A model generated the notes under the pieces. It was given only the letters and a program-made list of their open reading frames with translations. It made no database searches and was not told where the DNA came from. Shown here piece after piece: positions 19,425 through 30,422 of a stretch of 64,000 nt of DNA. This stretch comes from Planctomycetota bacterium (GTDB lineage Bacteria > Planctomycetota > UBA8108 > SXIK01). A program made the position numbers and the translations under genes. Numbering within the stretch: the stretch's first letter is position 1; each line of letters starts with the position of its first letter. The stretch is from the NCBI GenBank assembly GCA_965223265.1, contig OZ244999.1, forward strand, positions 6,272,001 to 6,336,000, read 5' to 3'.

Positions 19425-21146
19425 TCAGCCGCGACGTCGGAAACGCTGCACGATCGGAAAGCGTCGGCCCGGGCCGAACGCCTTTGTCGTGATCCGTAAA
19501 CCCGGTGCTGCCTGTTTTCGCTTGTATTCGTTGCGATCGACCATACCAACGACGTCCGCGACGACCTCGGGATCGTATCCGCGCGCGACAAGCTGAGGTA
19601 CACCCTCGCCAAGCTCGACGTACCCTTCCAAGATGGCATCGAGGATGTCATAGGGTGGTAAACTGTCTTCATCCTTTTGGCCGGGACTCAGCTCAGCAGA
19701 AGGCGGTTTGTCGATGGTGTTCTGCGGAATCACTTCTCGGTCTCGATTGAGCCAGCGGGCGACACGGTAAACTAGCGACTTCGGGACATCTGAGATGACC
19801 GCAAGACCGCCCGACATATCGCCGTAGAGTGTGCAATAGCCCACCGCAAGCTCGCTCTTGTTGCCCGTCGTGAGTAAGAGCGCGTTGAATTTGTTCGAGA
19901 GCGCCATCAAGACCATACCGCGTGCCCGCGCTTGGAGGTTCTCTTCTGTGACGTCGGCATCGCGATCGCCGAAAACCGGTGCCAAACTTTCCAGAGCACT
20001 TTGAAAGATCGCCTCGATCGAGATGACGTGAAGCTCGATGCCAAGGTTTTGCGCCAGGACCTCGGCATCGCGGCGGCTGCCCGCCGACGAGTATCGCGAC
20101 GGCATAGCCACGCCAACGACGCTTTCTTTGCCGACAGCCGAAACGGCAATCGCCGCAGTGAGAGCTGAGTCGATCCCACCGCTTAAGCCGACCACGGCGC
20201 GCTGAAAGCCGCTCTTGTGCAGGTAGTCGTGCGTGCCTAGGACCAAGGCGCGGTAGACCTGTTCGGCCTCCGTGTCCCCAGCACTCTGGCCGGTGCCCAT
20301 GCCCTCGGCCTCCCTAGGCGCAGCGTCAGCAGAGGGAATCGTCGCCTCACGGCGCGAGGCGGGAGCGCTTCGGTCACTCGGATCAACCTCAAGGACAACG
20401 AAAGCCTCTTCAAAGCTCACGGCTTCGGCGAGCACGTTGCCGGAGGCGTCCAAGGCGAAGCTCGCCCCGTCGAACACCAGCGTCGTATTGCCGCCGACAA
20501 GGTTCGTGTAGACGACAGGAATCTCGATCCGGCGCACGGTCGCCTCGATCATCTCGCGGCGGAAGGCGCCGCGTCCAATGCTGAACGGCGAGGCAGCGAT
20601 ACCGACGAGCAACTGTGCCCCCTTCGCCGCCAACGTTTCGATGGGGTCTACGGTGTATCGCCGCCGAGCCCAGAAGAGCGGGTCGTTCCAGAAATCCTCG
20701 CAGATACCGATCCCGAGCTTGACGCCACGAAAATCGAACACCTCTTGACTCGCTGCGCCCCGAAAGTAGCGCCCTTCGTCGAAGACATCGTACGTCGGCA
20801 AGAGCGTCTTGTGCTGCGCGCCGACGATCTGTCCGTCGTCGATGAGTACGGCACTGTTGTAGATGGGGTTTCCGTCGCCGCTCGTTGCCCGAGTCAGCGT
20901 CCCCACGACCAGACCGAGCCCCGAGCTCGCTGCTACGAGATCGGTCAGCGCGTGCTCCGCTGCTTCGAGAAAATCTTCGCGCTCCAGCAAATCTTCGGCG
21001 GGATAGCCCGGCAGAGTCTGCTCCGGAAACACGACCAGGTCGACACCGAGGTCCCGAGCGCGAGCCAACGCGGCTCGCGCCTTCTCCAGATTACCGGGAA
21101 AATCCCCGACCGTCGTGTTGACCTGCGCCAATGCAACCTTCATCAC
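19425..21146 (-). CDS. nadE: Glutamine-dependent NAD+ synthetase
   Basis: Nitrilase domain (VFPE, K..LPTYDVFDE.RYF, ICED) plus GLSGGIDSA, ENLQARARG, TGNKSE, YCTLYGD, PPSAEL. Confidence 0.97.
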   Translation of the reverse strand: MMKVALAQVNTTVGDFPGNLEKARAALARARDLGVDLVVFPEQTLPGYPAEDLLEREDFLEAAEHALTDLVAASSGLGLVVGTLTRATSGDGNPIYNSAVLIDDGQIVGAQHKTLLPTYDVFDEGRYFRGAASQEVFDFRGVKLGIGICEDFWNDPLFWARRRYTVDPIETLAAKGAQLLVGIAASPFSIGRGAFRREMIEATVRRIEIPVVYTNLVGGNTTLVFDGASFALDASGNVLAEAVSFEEAFVVLEVDPSDRSAPASRREATIPSADAAPREAEGMGTGQSAGDTEAEQVYRALVLGTHDYLHKSGFQRAVVGLSGGIDSALTAAIAVSAVGKESVVGVAMPSRYSSAGSRRDAEVLAQNLGIELHVISIEAIFQSALESLAPVFGDRDADVTEENLQARARGMVLMALSNKFNALLLTTGNKSELAVGYCTLYGDMSGGLAVISDVPKSLVYRVARWLNRDREVIPQNTIDKPPSAELSPGQKDEDSLPPYDILDAILEGYVELGEGVPQLVARGYDPEVVADVVGMVDRNEYKRKQAAPGLRITTKAFGPGRRFPIVQRFRRRG

Positions 21147-21237
21147 GAAAGTCCCCTCGCGCGTGCAAAGAAGTCGCGCGGCGAGACGCGGCAGTCGATG
21201 ACAACGCAGTGACCACCCGTGGCGCCCAGCCGCGACA

Positions 21238-22572
21238 TCAGGACGCCTCGAACAGTCCGCGATGCAAAGCGATGACGGCGTCGCGGACGCGATCTTTAGC
21301 GATGACGAAGCTCAGATTGTTCCGTGTCGCGCCGAAAGAAATCATGTCGATCCGCACGCCCAGATCCGCCACGATTTGGAAAATCTTGGCGGCAAAGTCG
21401 ACGTCAGCGGAGATCTGCTCGCCAACGATACTGATCTGTGACATGTCTCGCTGCACGGACACTTCACCAATCTTGCGCAAGTCGCTGACAACCGGGTCCA
21501 GTAGTGCACGGGAATCGGTCGTCATCGACACACTCACTTCGCTCGTCGCGATCATATCGATCACGACCTCATGCTGCGCAAAGATATCGGCGATACGGTC
21601 CATGAAGCCGTATTGCAGCAACATTGGTGGCGCGACGATGCTGACAATGCAGACCTCGTCCTTGCTGGCGATCGACTTGACCTTTCGTCGTCCGGCCGAA
21701 GTTTTCGGCTCCGGGACAATCACTGTTCCCTGAAAGTCAGGACGATAGCTGTTCAGAATCCGAAGCGGGATGTTCTTACGAACTGCTGGGATGATCGTCG
21801 CCGGGTGGATGACCTTCGCCCCATAGAACGCCAACTCGGCAGCTTCTGCAAACGACAGCTCTTCGAGAAAGCGCGCTTCCTTGACGATCCTCGGATCCAC
21901 CGTCATGACGCCGTCGACATCCGTCCAGATCTGAATCTCCTCGGCATCCAGCGCGGCACCGAAAATCGCCGCGGAATAGTCGCTGCCTCCCCGACCCAGC
22001 GTCGTGATGTTGCCGTTCTCGTCCTTGCCGATATAACCCGTGATCACAGGCACGCCCTGGACCTTCGCCAGCGCTTCTCGAATGTTGTCGTCAGCGTCGG
22101 GAAGTGGACGCGCCGCTCCGAAACGACCGTCCGTGATCAGTCCTATGTCGAATGCATCGAGAGCCTGTGCGGGGATGCCGCGACTCTCAAGGTGTGCCGC
22201 CAGAATGCGAACTGCAAGCCGTTCACCGAAGCTGACGAAGTAGTCCTTAGTGCGCGGGGTGCACTCGCGAATGAGGCGAATCCCTTGCACCAGCTCATGG
22301 AGCTCGTTCAGCAGCTCCGTGACTAAACCCTGCTCGAGGCCAAGCTCCTCGATGATCTTCTCGTGCGCGGCAGCTAAAGCGTCGAACTCGGCTTGCCACT
22401 CAGCCTGCTCCAGAGCCAGATCGACGACTTTGAAGAGACGGTTCGTGATGCCGCCCACAGCCGAAGAGACCACGACCGGGCGTCGCTCGAGACAAGATTC
22501 GATGATGCCACCGACGCGACGCATCTGCTCCGCACCGCCGACCGAAGTACCTCCAAACTTGAGGACGATCAC
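21238..22572 (-). CDS. lysC: Aspartate kinase
   Basis: VLKFGGTSVG, TTLGRGGSDYSA, WTDVDGV, GAKVIHP, two ACT domains. Confidence 0.96.
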   Translation of the reverse strand: MIVLKFGGTSVGGAEQMRRVGGIIESCLERRPVVVSSAVGGITNRLFKVVDLALEQAEWQAEFDALAAAHEKIIEELGLEQGLVTELLNELHELVQGIRLIRECTPRTKDYFVSFGERLAVRILAAHLESRGIPAQALDAFDIGLITDGRFGAARPLPDADDNIREALAKVQGVPVITGYIGKDENGNITTLGRGGSDYSAAIFGAALDAEEIQIWTDVDGVMTVDPRIVKEARFLEELSFAEAAELAFYGAKVIHPATIIPAVRKNIPLRILNSYRPDFQGTVIVPEPKTSAGRRKVKSIASKDEVCIVSIVAPPMLLQYGFMDRIADIFAQHEVVIDMIATSEVSVSMTTDSRALLDPVVSDLRKIGEVSVQRDMSQISIVGEQISADVDFAAKIFQIVADLGVRIDMISFGATRNNLSFVIAKDRVRDAVIALHRGLFEAS

Positions 22573-22687
22573 AGAGTCGTCTCCTATCTTTTCTCCTATT
22601 CAACGGCGAAAAAACCAAGCCGCGATCGTATCACGATTTGTCGTGAAGAAAAGAGACTTCCAGCGTAACCAGTGCCGCGGAGCGTCT

Positions 22688-23773
22688 TCAGCTGAGAGGG
22701 ACCGGCAGGTCAACAACCTCGACCGCGACGGCACGGTCGCCCACGGCGATGTCGAATTGCTGCCGGTCGAAGAACTTGCGCAAGACGCTCGCCAGCGCAA
22801 TGCGGCGACCGAGTCGCGGCGAAGTGACGACGGACGTCACGACGCCGGCGTCGGCGCCATCCGAGCATAAAGGCGCACCAACCGCAATCGGAGCGTCCGG
22901 CGGGGCGATCAAACCGCGCAGCTTCCGGCTCACCTGTCCATAGGTACGCATGCGCGCAACGACTTCTTGGCCGACGTAGCACTTGTCGTACGTTAGCGCG
23001 TCGTCCCACCCAAACTCAGTAGGGAACGACGTGTCGTCGTAGTCGATGCCGTGGCGAGCCACGCCTGCTTCGACACGGAGGATTTCGGCAGCGTCAAATC
23101 CGACCGCACTCCCGCCGGCGGCTTTCACGGCCTCATGGAGGTGCGACCAGACGTCCTCGGCAGCGTCAAGCGGAGCGCGCAGCACGTAACCACCTTCCGG
23201 AGTCTCGCCGCCGCGAAACAGACGACATTGGGTGGGTCCGACGTCGATAGCCGTGAACTCAGGCGCGACGACAGAAGCAGCGGCGTCTCCACCCAGCCTC
23301 GCAACCACCGACTCTGGGTGCGGACCTTGGACAGCGAACGTGGCGTAGTCGCTTGAACAATCGTGCACCTCCACGTCACTCAGAAGGACATACTTGGAGA
23401 GAGCGACGACAAAAGGCTCGCGACTTGGCTCGGCGAGCAGTAGCGAGAAGCACTCCGCTTCATCGTGAAAGAGCTCGAATGCGCCGACGACCCGCCCCTT
23501 CGGTGTCAGAAGACAGCTGCGCTGAAGCTGCCCCACGGCCAGCCCCTTCACGTCGCTCGAAAGCACTGCATGCAAGGCGTCGACGACGCGCTCACCTCTC
23601 AGCGTCAGCACGCCACGATAACTCTGATCGACGAGCCCGACCGACTCGATCACAGCTCGAACCTCACGCTCTGCGGCGCCGTAGTGTCGTGGCAAGCGGC
23701 AACCACTCACCTCAGCAAACTCTGTGGCACCAAGCCGGCGGTGTGTACTCTCTAAGGGCAGCTGTCGCGTCAT
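22688..23773 (-). CDS. GcvT/YgfZ-family folate-binding protein
   Basis: LVDQSYRG, LTPKGR, GETPEGGY, LRVEAG, KCYVGQEVVAR (YgfZ-type motif). Confidence 0.88.
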   Translation of the reverse strand: MTRQLPLESTHRRLGATEFAEVSGCRLPRHYGAAEREVRAVIESVGLVDQSYRGVLTLRGERVVDALHAVLSSDVKGLAVGQLQRSCLLTPKGRVVGAFELFHDEAECFSLLLAEPSREPFVVALSKYVLLSDVEVHDCSSDYATFAVQGPHPESVVARLGGDAAASVVAPEFTAIDVGPTQCRLFRGGETPEGGYVLRAPLDAAEDVWSHLHEAVKAAGGSAVGFDAAEILRVEAGVARHGIDYDDTSFPTEFGWDDALTYDKCYVGQEVVARMRTYGQVSRKLRGLIAPPDAPIAVGAPLCSDGADAGVVTSVVTSPRLGRRIALASVLRKFFDRQQFDIAVGDRAVAVEVVDLPVPLS

Positions 23774-23841
23774 GTCCGGTTCACATCTCCTTCACCTGCC
23801 GCGATGCGTTCATACGCAGCGCACGACCCGGTCTGCGCTTC

Positions 23842-25080
23842 CTACTGGTTCACAGCGCCAGCACCAGCTGTCGGCCGCTCGAGGCGCCCATACGCACCAT
23901 TTCGCAGGCAAGGGACGAAACCAGCCTCATCGATCGTGCGCCGCAGCACGTCCGCGGTTGCCTCGTTCTCGGCGCCAGCTGGGCGAATCACGTTTTCTTC
24001 GATCATCGTGCTGCCCAGGTCGTTCGCCCCAGCTCTCAGCCCGCGCTTTCCGACGTCGATCCCCTGCGTCAGCCAGGAGACCTGTAGATTCGAAACGTTG
24101 TCGAGGAAAAGACGAGAAACCGCCAACCAGAGCAGGTACTCCTCCGCGTCGACGCGATCGGAAACCACACGCCCGAGCGGTGTGTTGTCGGGTTGAAAGT
24201 TCCACGGAATGAAGGAGACAAACCCGCCGGTCCGGTCCTGGAGCGAACGAATCTTCTCGAGATGCTGCAGGCGGTGAATCAATCGCTCGCCATGCCCAAA
24301 CATCATCGTTGCCGTCGTCGCTAAGCCGACTTCATGGGCAACCTCCATGATCTCAAGCCACTCCAGCGAGTTCACCTTAGACCGTCGTTTACGCCTCACC
24401 TCATCAACGAGGATCTCTCCGCCACCGCCCGGCATGGAATCGAGACCAGCGCTCTTGAGCTCAAGCAGAACCTCCCGTGCGGAGAGGCCTGTTATCTCGC
24501 TGAGGCCATGGATCTCCGTCGGCGAAAAGCAGTGGAGATGGATGGTGTAACGCGATTTCAGCTGCTGCAGGAGCGTCGTGTACCACGCAAGCGGCAGATC
24601 AGGGTGGAGTCCGCCCTGGAGTAGAATTCCACTGCCCCCAAGCTCGATCGTCTCTTCGACTTTGCGAAAGATCTCGTCGTGCGTCAGGACGTAGCCGCCG
24701 TTCTCTCCGGGACTGCGATAGAAAGCGCAAAAATTACAGATCGAGGTGCAGACGTTCGTGTAGTTGATGTTGCGGTCGATGATGTAAGTGACGACGCCAT
24801 CGGGGTGAAGCTGCGCGCGGAAACGATCGGCGAGCTCGCCGAGCTCCTCGCGTTCAAGCGCCAAGTTGAGGCGATCCGGATGTTCCGAGGCGTCAACGTG
24901 GTCGCGCGGGTGAGCAGCGTTCTCAACACCGAGAAGCAGAGCCCACTCGCTGTAAGTCAAACGACAGCCAGGCGAAGCTCGCAGCCGCGCGGCAATTGTG
25001 GCCGGGGCCCCGGCGTCGCCGCGGCACTCTTTGAAAGCTTCCCCGGACGAGATCTCCGGTGTGACGGGGCGCTTCTGCAT
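23842..25080 (-). CDS. mqnC: Cyclic dehypoxanthinyl futalosine synthase (radical SAM)
   Basis: [64 protein letters not shown]. Confidence 0.92.
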   Translation of the reverse strand: MQKRPVTPEISSGEAFKECRGDAGAPATIAARLRASPGCRLTYSEWALLLGVENAAHPRDHVDASEHPDRLNLALEREELGELADRFRAQLHPDGVVTYIIDRNINYTNVCTSICNFCAFYRSPGENGGYVLTHDEIFRKVEETIELGGSGILLQGGLHPDLPLAWYTTLLQQLKSRYTIHLHCFSPTEIHGLSEITGLSAREVLLELKSAGLDSMPGGGGEILVDEVRRKRRSKVNSLEWLEIMEVAHEVGLATTATMMFGHGERLIHRLQHLEKIRSLQDRTGGFVSFIPWNFQPDNTPLGRVVSDRVDAEEYLLWLAVSRLFLDNVSNLQVSWLTQGIDVGKRGLRAGANDLGSTMIEENVIRPAGAENEATADVLRRTIDEAGFVPCLRNGAYGRLERPTAGAGAVNQ

Positions 25081-25261
25081 GCGGATTCTCCGTGCGTACA
25101 GCCGTTGACATCCACCCCGCTCAAGTTCGGCATTCTACCGAACTCGTCGGCTGTGACAAGTAACCGCATGCGCCGTACGTCAGTTCACGAGCTTTCACCG
25201 CACCCACGCACGCCGCGACGCCCTGCCGGCCGTGAAGCGGCGCGCCGCTCACTGCTGCACC

Positions 25262-27451
25262 TCACCACCGACGGGTCGTGTCGAGCGCGAAGCTATCCTT
25301 CACGGCTTCGAAGTCGTCGCGGAACTTCTTCGTCTCGCCTGGGTTGGCTAGACAACGGATCACCGCCACACCATCCAGCTGGACCAGAAAATAATCAACG
25401 AACTCCTGTTCGACCTCGACGTAGTTCTTTTTCTTGGTGCGCTTCTTCTTTCGTTTCTTGCGCTTCTTCGGCTTTGAGTCTGAATCACCTTCGGCGAGGA
25501 GGCGATTCTCCGCGGCTTTTCCGCTGGCAGCTTCCTTCTCCGAATCGGCCGCGTCCTCCGCCGGTTTGGGTTTCACGTAGAGAGGAAAGCGCACCGGCCG
25601 TGAGTATCGGATACGAAACCCATCAAGATTCCCCACCTTCGTCTCAACGAGCTTCACCTTCTTGTACTTCATGCGGCGGTAGTGATTAACCTGGACTTTG
25701 ATGAAGTCATCGGCGTCCGATTTCTTGTAGTTGTTGAAGAAATAGATGCGGATCTCGGCTTCGTAGTCCGGCAACGCCAAGCCCAAGAGCATACGTTCAT
25801 CCTCAGAGTCGGTGAAAAACGACCACCGCTCGCTTGGCCTCTTGAGCATGAATCGAAACGGTTCACTGATGTAGTAGTCGCCCATGATCTCGCCAGCCGG
25901 AGGCGGTTCGATCGACGAGATGTACTCCAGATAACCCTTCTCGAGTTCCTCAAGGCTGCCGAAATAGCGGTTCGCGAGCGCCACGAAGTCGCTCTTCTTC
26001 GGTCGACGCACCCGAGCGATATCCCAATAGGCACGCATAAGCTTTGTGCCCTTGCTGCCGGTGTTGACGAGGTAGTAGATCAGAGCCCACGAATCGGCAT
26101 AGTGGTCCCCCCGAAACTGCCGTCGCGAGAGCGAGACAAGCTTGCCGATCTTCTCGTGGCGCTTCTTGCGGATCTTCTCCTGAATCGTCGTCAACCGATC
26201 TCGAGGAATCTTGCCGATCGTGATCTTCTGTTTTTCTGCGTCGAAGCGTGCACCATCACCGAAGTAGACGGCGAGTCCCTCGATCAGCCACGAGGGTGCG
26301 CTCATCATGTTCTTCAGCACAAGATCTTGGTAGTAATGCGTCCCTTCATGAGCGAGCGTGCCGAAGGTCGTGCCGGTGAAACCGAACGTGCCGTGAAACG
26401 TCGCGATCATTGGTGGCTGAGACGAGTAAAAGCCACCGAGACCCCATCCCGCTTCCCACTGATCGATTCCTAGCGCCTCCATGAATTCTTCTTGAGTCTT
26501 GAAAATGAAGACGGGCGTCCTGGTGTTTCGCTTGATCGGACTCTTGAACATGTCAGCGAGCTTCGCGCGGATGAGTTCCATCATCCTCCCGTAGCGTTTC
26601 GTGAGTTTCATCGAAGCGTTACAGTGAATCTCAAAGTGCCGCGTCTGGTGAACGATCCGATCCTCCCATTCGACGCCATCGACGAAGTCATGGATCTCAC
26701 TCGCGGCCTCAGCGTTTTCGAGGCGCTTGGCGTGCATGTCGCTGATGCGTTTGAGGCGGATCTTCGAAACGGACTCGCCCTCGAGCGGCTTGTACGTTGC
26801 GAAGAGCTTCGGCTTGACCGCCGTCTTCCGTTTCTTCTTCGCCCGGCCTTCCTTCGAACTCTTTCGCTCGCGGGGGCGCAGCTTACCCTTGACGAGCTTC
26901 ATCTCTTTCAAATCGGCAAGAGAGAACCACGCGCCCTCGTAGTAGAGGACATCGCGCAGCTGCGCTCGCGACTTGCGGTCCGGATCGAGCTCGTCGAGCG
27001 CACGCAGGGCTCGGCGCCGTTCTGGCGTCCAGTTTTGCCCGCTCTTTTCTTCGCGTCGCCGGCAGACCGAGGCGATGCTACGCAGTACGTCGGCGTCCTC
27101 GTCTTCGATCGCGGTCTCGATGCGCCGGACGATCTCAACCACTTCATCACCGACATCGCGCTCAATCTCGTCGACTTCGTCGCGATCCTTGGTGCGCCGC
27201 CGCAGCCCCTCGAGGTAGACGACTTTTTCATCGGTGACTTCGATCAGTCGGCACCAGACCTTGTCGCCTTCGGCCAAAGAGACCAAGTCAGTCTTGAGCG
27301 GAGACTTTGACTTCTCGCTCTCTACGTGCCGCGGGAAAAAACCAAAGGCAGCAGCAGCCAGTACGGCCACGAGGACGCTACCAACACCGTAGATCCGCCT
27401 TCGCGCACGCAACGAAGGACCGTGAAAGCGCGTCGTGCCAGCGCTACCCAT
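25262..27451 (-). CDS. DUF1570-like zincin metallopeptidase, Lys-rich, with N-terminal TM
   Basis: TLAHEGTHYY...WLIEGLAVYF...YADSWALIYYL; start at ATG 27451 with GGAGGTGA RBS. Confidence 0.75.
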   Translation of the reverse strand: MGSAGTTRFHGPSLRARRRIYGVGSVLVAVLAAAAFGFFPRHVESEKSKSPLKTDLVSLAEGDKVWCRLIEVTDEKVVYLEGLRRRTKDRDEVDEIERDVGDEVVEIVRRIETAIEDEDADVLRSIASVCRRREEKSGQNWTPERRRALRALDELDPDRKSRAQLRDVLYYEGAWFSLADLKEMKLVKGKLRPRERKSSKEGRAKKKRKTAVKPKLFATYKPLEGESVSKIRLKRISDMHAKRLENAEAASEIHDFVDGVEWEDRIVHQTRHFEIHCNASMKLTKRYGRMMELIRAKLADMFKSPIKRNTRTPVFIFKTQEEFMEALGIDQWEAGWGLGGFYSSQPPMIATFHGTFGFTGTTFGTLAHEGTHYYQDLVLKNMMSAPSWLIEGLAVYFGDGARFDAEKQKITIGKIPRDRLTTIQEKIRKKRHEKIGKLVSLSRRQFRGDHYADSWALIYYLVNTGSKGTKLMRAYWDIARVRRPKKSDFVALANRYFGSLEELEKGYLEYISSIEPPPAGEIMGDYYISEPFRFMLKRPSERWSFFTDSEDERMLLGLALPDYEAEIRIYFFNNYKKSDADDFIKVQVNHYRRMKYKKVKLVETKVGNLDGFRIRYSRPVRFPLYVKPKPAEDAADSEKEAASGKAAENRLLAEGDSDSKPKKRKKRKKKRTKKKNYVEVEQEFVDYFLVQLDGVAVIRCLANPGETKKFRDDFEAVKDSFALDTTRRW

Positions 27452-27767
27452 CGCCGTCACCTCCAATTTGTGTCGGGTGATCGGACCGCCGGTGGCCGGC
27501 TCAAGCAAGGCTCTGACCTGCGGCAACGCTTGACCCGACGGTCCTTGCAGCTTACGCCAAGCGTCCGCCCCCAGTCTTGGCCCTTTCCTGTAGCGCGCAG
27601 CGGAAGCCGCGCGCCCTTCGAGGCCTCCTGGGAACCCCTATAATACGCGAAAACACGACGTCGACTCGCTAGTTTCTTGTCGGTTTCGGCAAGGATCGCG
27701 GCTCCCGGCGGCGCAGCTGGGCCCAATGCACGACCGCGAACCGCCGGGAACCTCGAACCTTCGGCGA

Positions 27768-29987
27768 TCAGGACTTACGCAGGTTGTACTTGTGGCCCTG
27801 CTTTTTGGTGATCGTGATCGACTCGATCTCGTCACCCGCTTTCAGCTCGTCGACGATATCGAGCCCCTCAGTCACCTGCCCGAACACCGTCAGACCCAGC
27901 GTGTCGTAGTACGGGATCGAGTCCAAACAGATGATGAACTGGCTACCAGCACTGTCGGGCTCGAAGCGCTGCTCTGCGGGCAAGAATCGCTGCACCATCG
28001 AAAGCATCCCGCGAGTGTGCTTCTTCGTACTCGGCTCGCTCGGAATCGTATAGCCCGGACCACCTTCGGCATCGTTCGTCGGACTTCCAAGCTGCAGAGC
28101 CAAAGCCTCGCCAGCTGCACCTTTCAGCAAGTGGAAGAACGTTTGCTTCCCGCTTCCAGCCGCATCCTTGTCGTAGAATCCGTCTTCCACGAGATTGACG
28201 AAATTCGCAACCGTGTTCCTCGCCTCACGCTCGAACAGCCGCACGGTGATGGTGCCCTTTGCGGTCTTGATGACCGCTTCCGGGTCGCCGCGTACCACTT
28301 CCGGAGCTTGGACTGCAGGCCCCTGGTCCGACGCGCCGTCGGCCGCTTTTCCGTCGCCGAGGTCGGTGACGATCGTGACGTGTTCGAAACGGGAGACGCG
28401 GATCACGTTGTCGAGAATGCTGAGATCGGAAACCACCTTACCGAACGGGACATGGACCTCATCCCACTCGGGGTGATCCTTCAGTGTAACGAAGAAGATA
28501 CTGCCGATCTGTCCCCCTCGAACGGGGCCCTTACGGACGCGGCGGCCAACGAAGGAAACCGTACCACGCTCGTGCTTCAGACCGGCATCGTTGCGCGCCG
28601 TCGGCAGGCTCATGTTGGGTACACCCGCCGCTGCTTGCGTCGGACTTCCCGCCATGAAGTAGTCGCCCTGCTGCAGATCGAAGAGGCCGAGACCATCGTA
28701 GAACCCGCTCAGCGCTAGAAAGACGAAGTGCTTGACCCCCACGGTCTGCTTCTGATCGAGCTCGATGATGATCGGGTCGATTAACCCGGTCACCTTGATC
28801 TTCGCGTAGTAAGTCTTGGTCGGATCGATGGTGTCGAAGACTGAGACCGAGAGCGGTTCGCTGCCAAAAGTTTTTCGCGGCGACAGGCCATCTTGTGTTC
28901 GATCAACTTGGATCGTCGCCCCTCGCGTCAGCCTCATTTTTAGCTGCGCGTACCCGGGAAAGTCCTTCGCCTTCGGAAAAGACGACTCCAGGTTGGAGAA
29001 GAACGTGTCGCGGTTCCATAGAACGTGATAGCGGCCGATCTCGATCCCCTGGAAGTAGTCGTTCAGGCTGACCTCGACGCCACTGATCGCAAATGGAGCC
29101 ACGGAGGAGAAGAACTCCGCGGGAGCACTGATGGAACTAAAATCGGCGGTCAGCGACTTTTGCGTGCCGACAGGTCGCATTTCCAATCCGAGTGGCAGGA
29201 GAGACGGATCGAACACGGTGATCGCTTCGCTGCCCGCGTTTTTGGAGTAGATGTTCAACTCGAGCGGCTGGTTGGTGCGAAAGTTGAGCTGCTCGGGACG
29301 CGCCGAGCGTCGCAGCTTCGCGAGCTCGAGCGTGACGATGACCTTCTCCTTTGGTCGCGTTGTGCGCGGTGGCGCAGGACGCTCAACTTTCGTTGCGGCG
29401 CCAGTCTCACCGCTCGTCGCTGTTGTGGCCGCGTTGGAATCTCCCGCCGGCTTGTTCGCGTTCGTGGCACCCTGAGGATGGTCATGGCCATGGTCATGGT
29501 CATGGTCATGGTCATGGTCACCATGAGGATGGTCATGGCCATGGTCATGACCCCCATGATCATGGTCATGGGGCTCGTTCGTCGGCACGAGCGTGTCCTC
29601 CCGGCCGCGCCGCTCCTGGACGAAAATCAGATGCCAGCCGTCCGGCGTCTTCACCGGCTCCGAAACCACGCCGACGTCAAGCCCCAAGGCCGCGGCCTTG
29701 AACGGCTCGTGAAACTGTGTCGTCGAACTCACCCATCCGAGGCTGCCACCGAGACGCTTCGTCACTGCGTCCTTCGAATACTTCCTACACGCGGCGGTGA
29801 ACGCCTTCCTGTCCCCACCGGCCTTGGTGATTTCGTCGCGGATCTGAGCTGCCTCCGCCTCCGTAGCCACGAGGATGTGTTTGACCCGCGACTGCTCCTG
29901 GGCCGGTGCAAGACGCGTCGACAAGAGTGAGACGAGGAGTGTGGCGCCGCCAAGCGCTAGACATCGAAAATGCATACTACGCCTCAT
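27768..29987 (-). CDS. Exported multidomain foldase: parvulin + His-rich linker + two cyclophilin-like domains
   Basis: Signal peptide; VKHILV...YSKD...GGSLGW...VSEPVKTPDGWHLI; two cyclophilin repeats (GFYDG...HERGTVSF...FGKVV; TVANFVNL..GFYD...GGPGY...HTRGMLSM...AGSQFII...VFGQV). Confidence 0.85.
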   Translation of the reverse strand: MRRSMHFRCLALGGATLLVSLLSTRLAPAQEQSRVKHILVATEAEAAQIRDEITKAGGDRKAFTAACRKYSKDAVTKRLGGSLGWVSSTTQFHEPFKAAALGLDVGVVSEPVKTPDGWHLIFVQERRGREDTLVPTNEPHDHDHGGHDHGHDHPHGDHDHDHDHDHGHDHPQGATNANKPAGDSNAATTATSGETGAATKVERPAPPRTTRPKEKVIVTLELAKLRRSARPEQLNFRTNQPLELNIYSKNAGSEAITVFDPSLLPLGLEMRPVGTQKSLTADFSSISAPAEFFSSVAPFAISGVEVSLNDYFQGIEIGRYHVLWNRDTFFSNLESSFPKAKDFPGYAQLKMRLTRGATIQVDRTQDGLSPRKTFGSEPLSVSVFDTIDPTKTYYAKIKVTGLIDPIIIELDQKQTVGVKHFVFLALSGFYDGLGLFDLQQGDYFMAGSPTQAAAGVPNMSLPTARNDAGLKHERGTVSFVGRRVRKGPVRGGQIGSIFFVTLKDHPEWDEVHVPFGKVVSDLSILDNVIRVSRFEHVTIVTDLGDGKAADGASDQGPAVQAPEVVRGDPEAVIKTAKGTITVRLFEREARNTVANFVNLVEDGFYDKDAAGSGKQTFFHLLKGAAGEALALQLGSPTNDAEGGPGYTIPSEPSTKKHTRGMLSMVQRFLPAEQRFEPDSAGSQFIICLDSIPYYDTLGLTVFGQVTEGLDIVDELKAGDEIESITITKKQGHKYNLRKS
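29478..29570 (-). repeat. CATGGT-type hexamer repeat encoding an HD/HG-rich tract
   Basis: Plus strand atggtcatggccatggtcatggtcatggtc...; translates to HDHDHGGHDHGHDHPHGDHDHDHDHDHGHDH. Confidence 0.9.
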
Positions 29988-30422
29988 GAAATGAAGGTCA
30001 TGAAAGGGTGGGATGTTTCCAGGGAGAAGACGCCGGGCGACAGGTGGTTACGTTCCATGCCAGTCAGTGACATGCCAAGTGAGCCACGTGCCGCAGCCAA
30101 CACTTAACAGCCTGCCGGAGTCAACCAAGAGGTCCCCGCCAATGAAAGATGTCGGAACTGGCGCGAATTCTTAAGAATTCTCCGGTCTTTCTTCCCAAGA
30201 GAACGCTAACACGCGCCGAACGAGAATTATAGCAAGATCGACAACCCTGTCTATCCCGGTTTGAGGCCGGCTCTTCCACGAGTTCACGCCCTCACGCTCG
30301 AGATGGGTGCGGCGATGGCGCACTCAGCCTCTCAAGCGCCCTGAATGCGCTCTAAGGATTGCGCCACGCCAAAGCGATCGGGGCGCTGCCGGACACGCCG
30401 GCGAACAGCGCAAGCGGGAGGC

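Noticed and set aside
22573-22687. Lysine riboswitch upstream of lysC
   Set aside because: Intergenic space is only about 115 bp and no L-box motifs were seen
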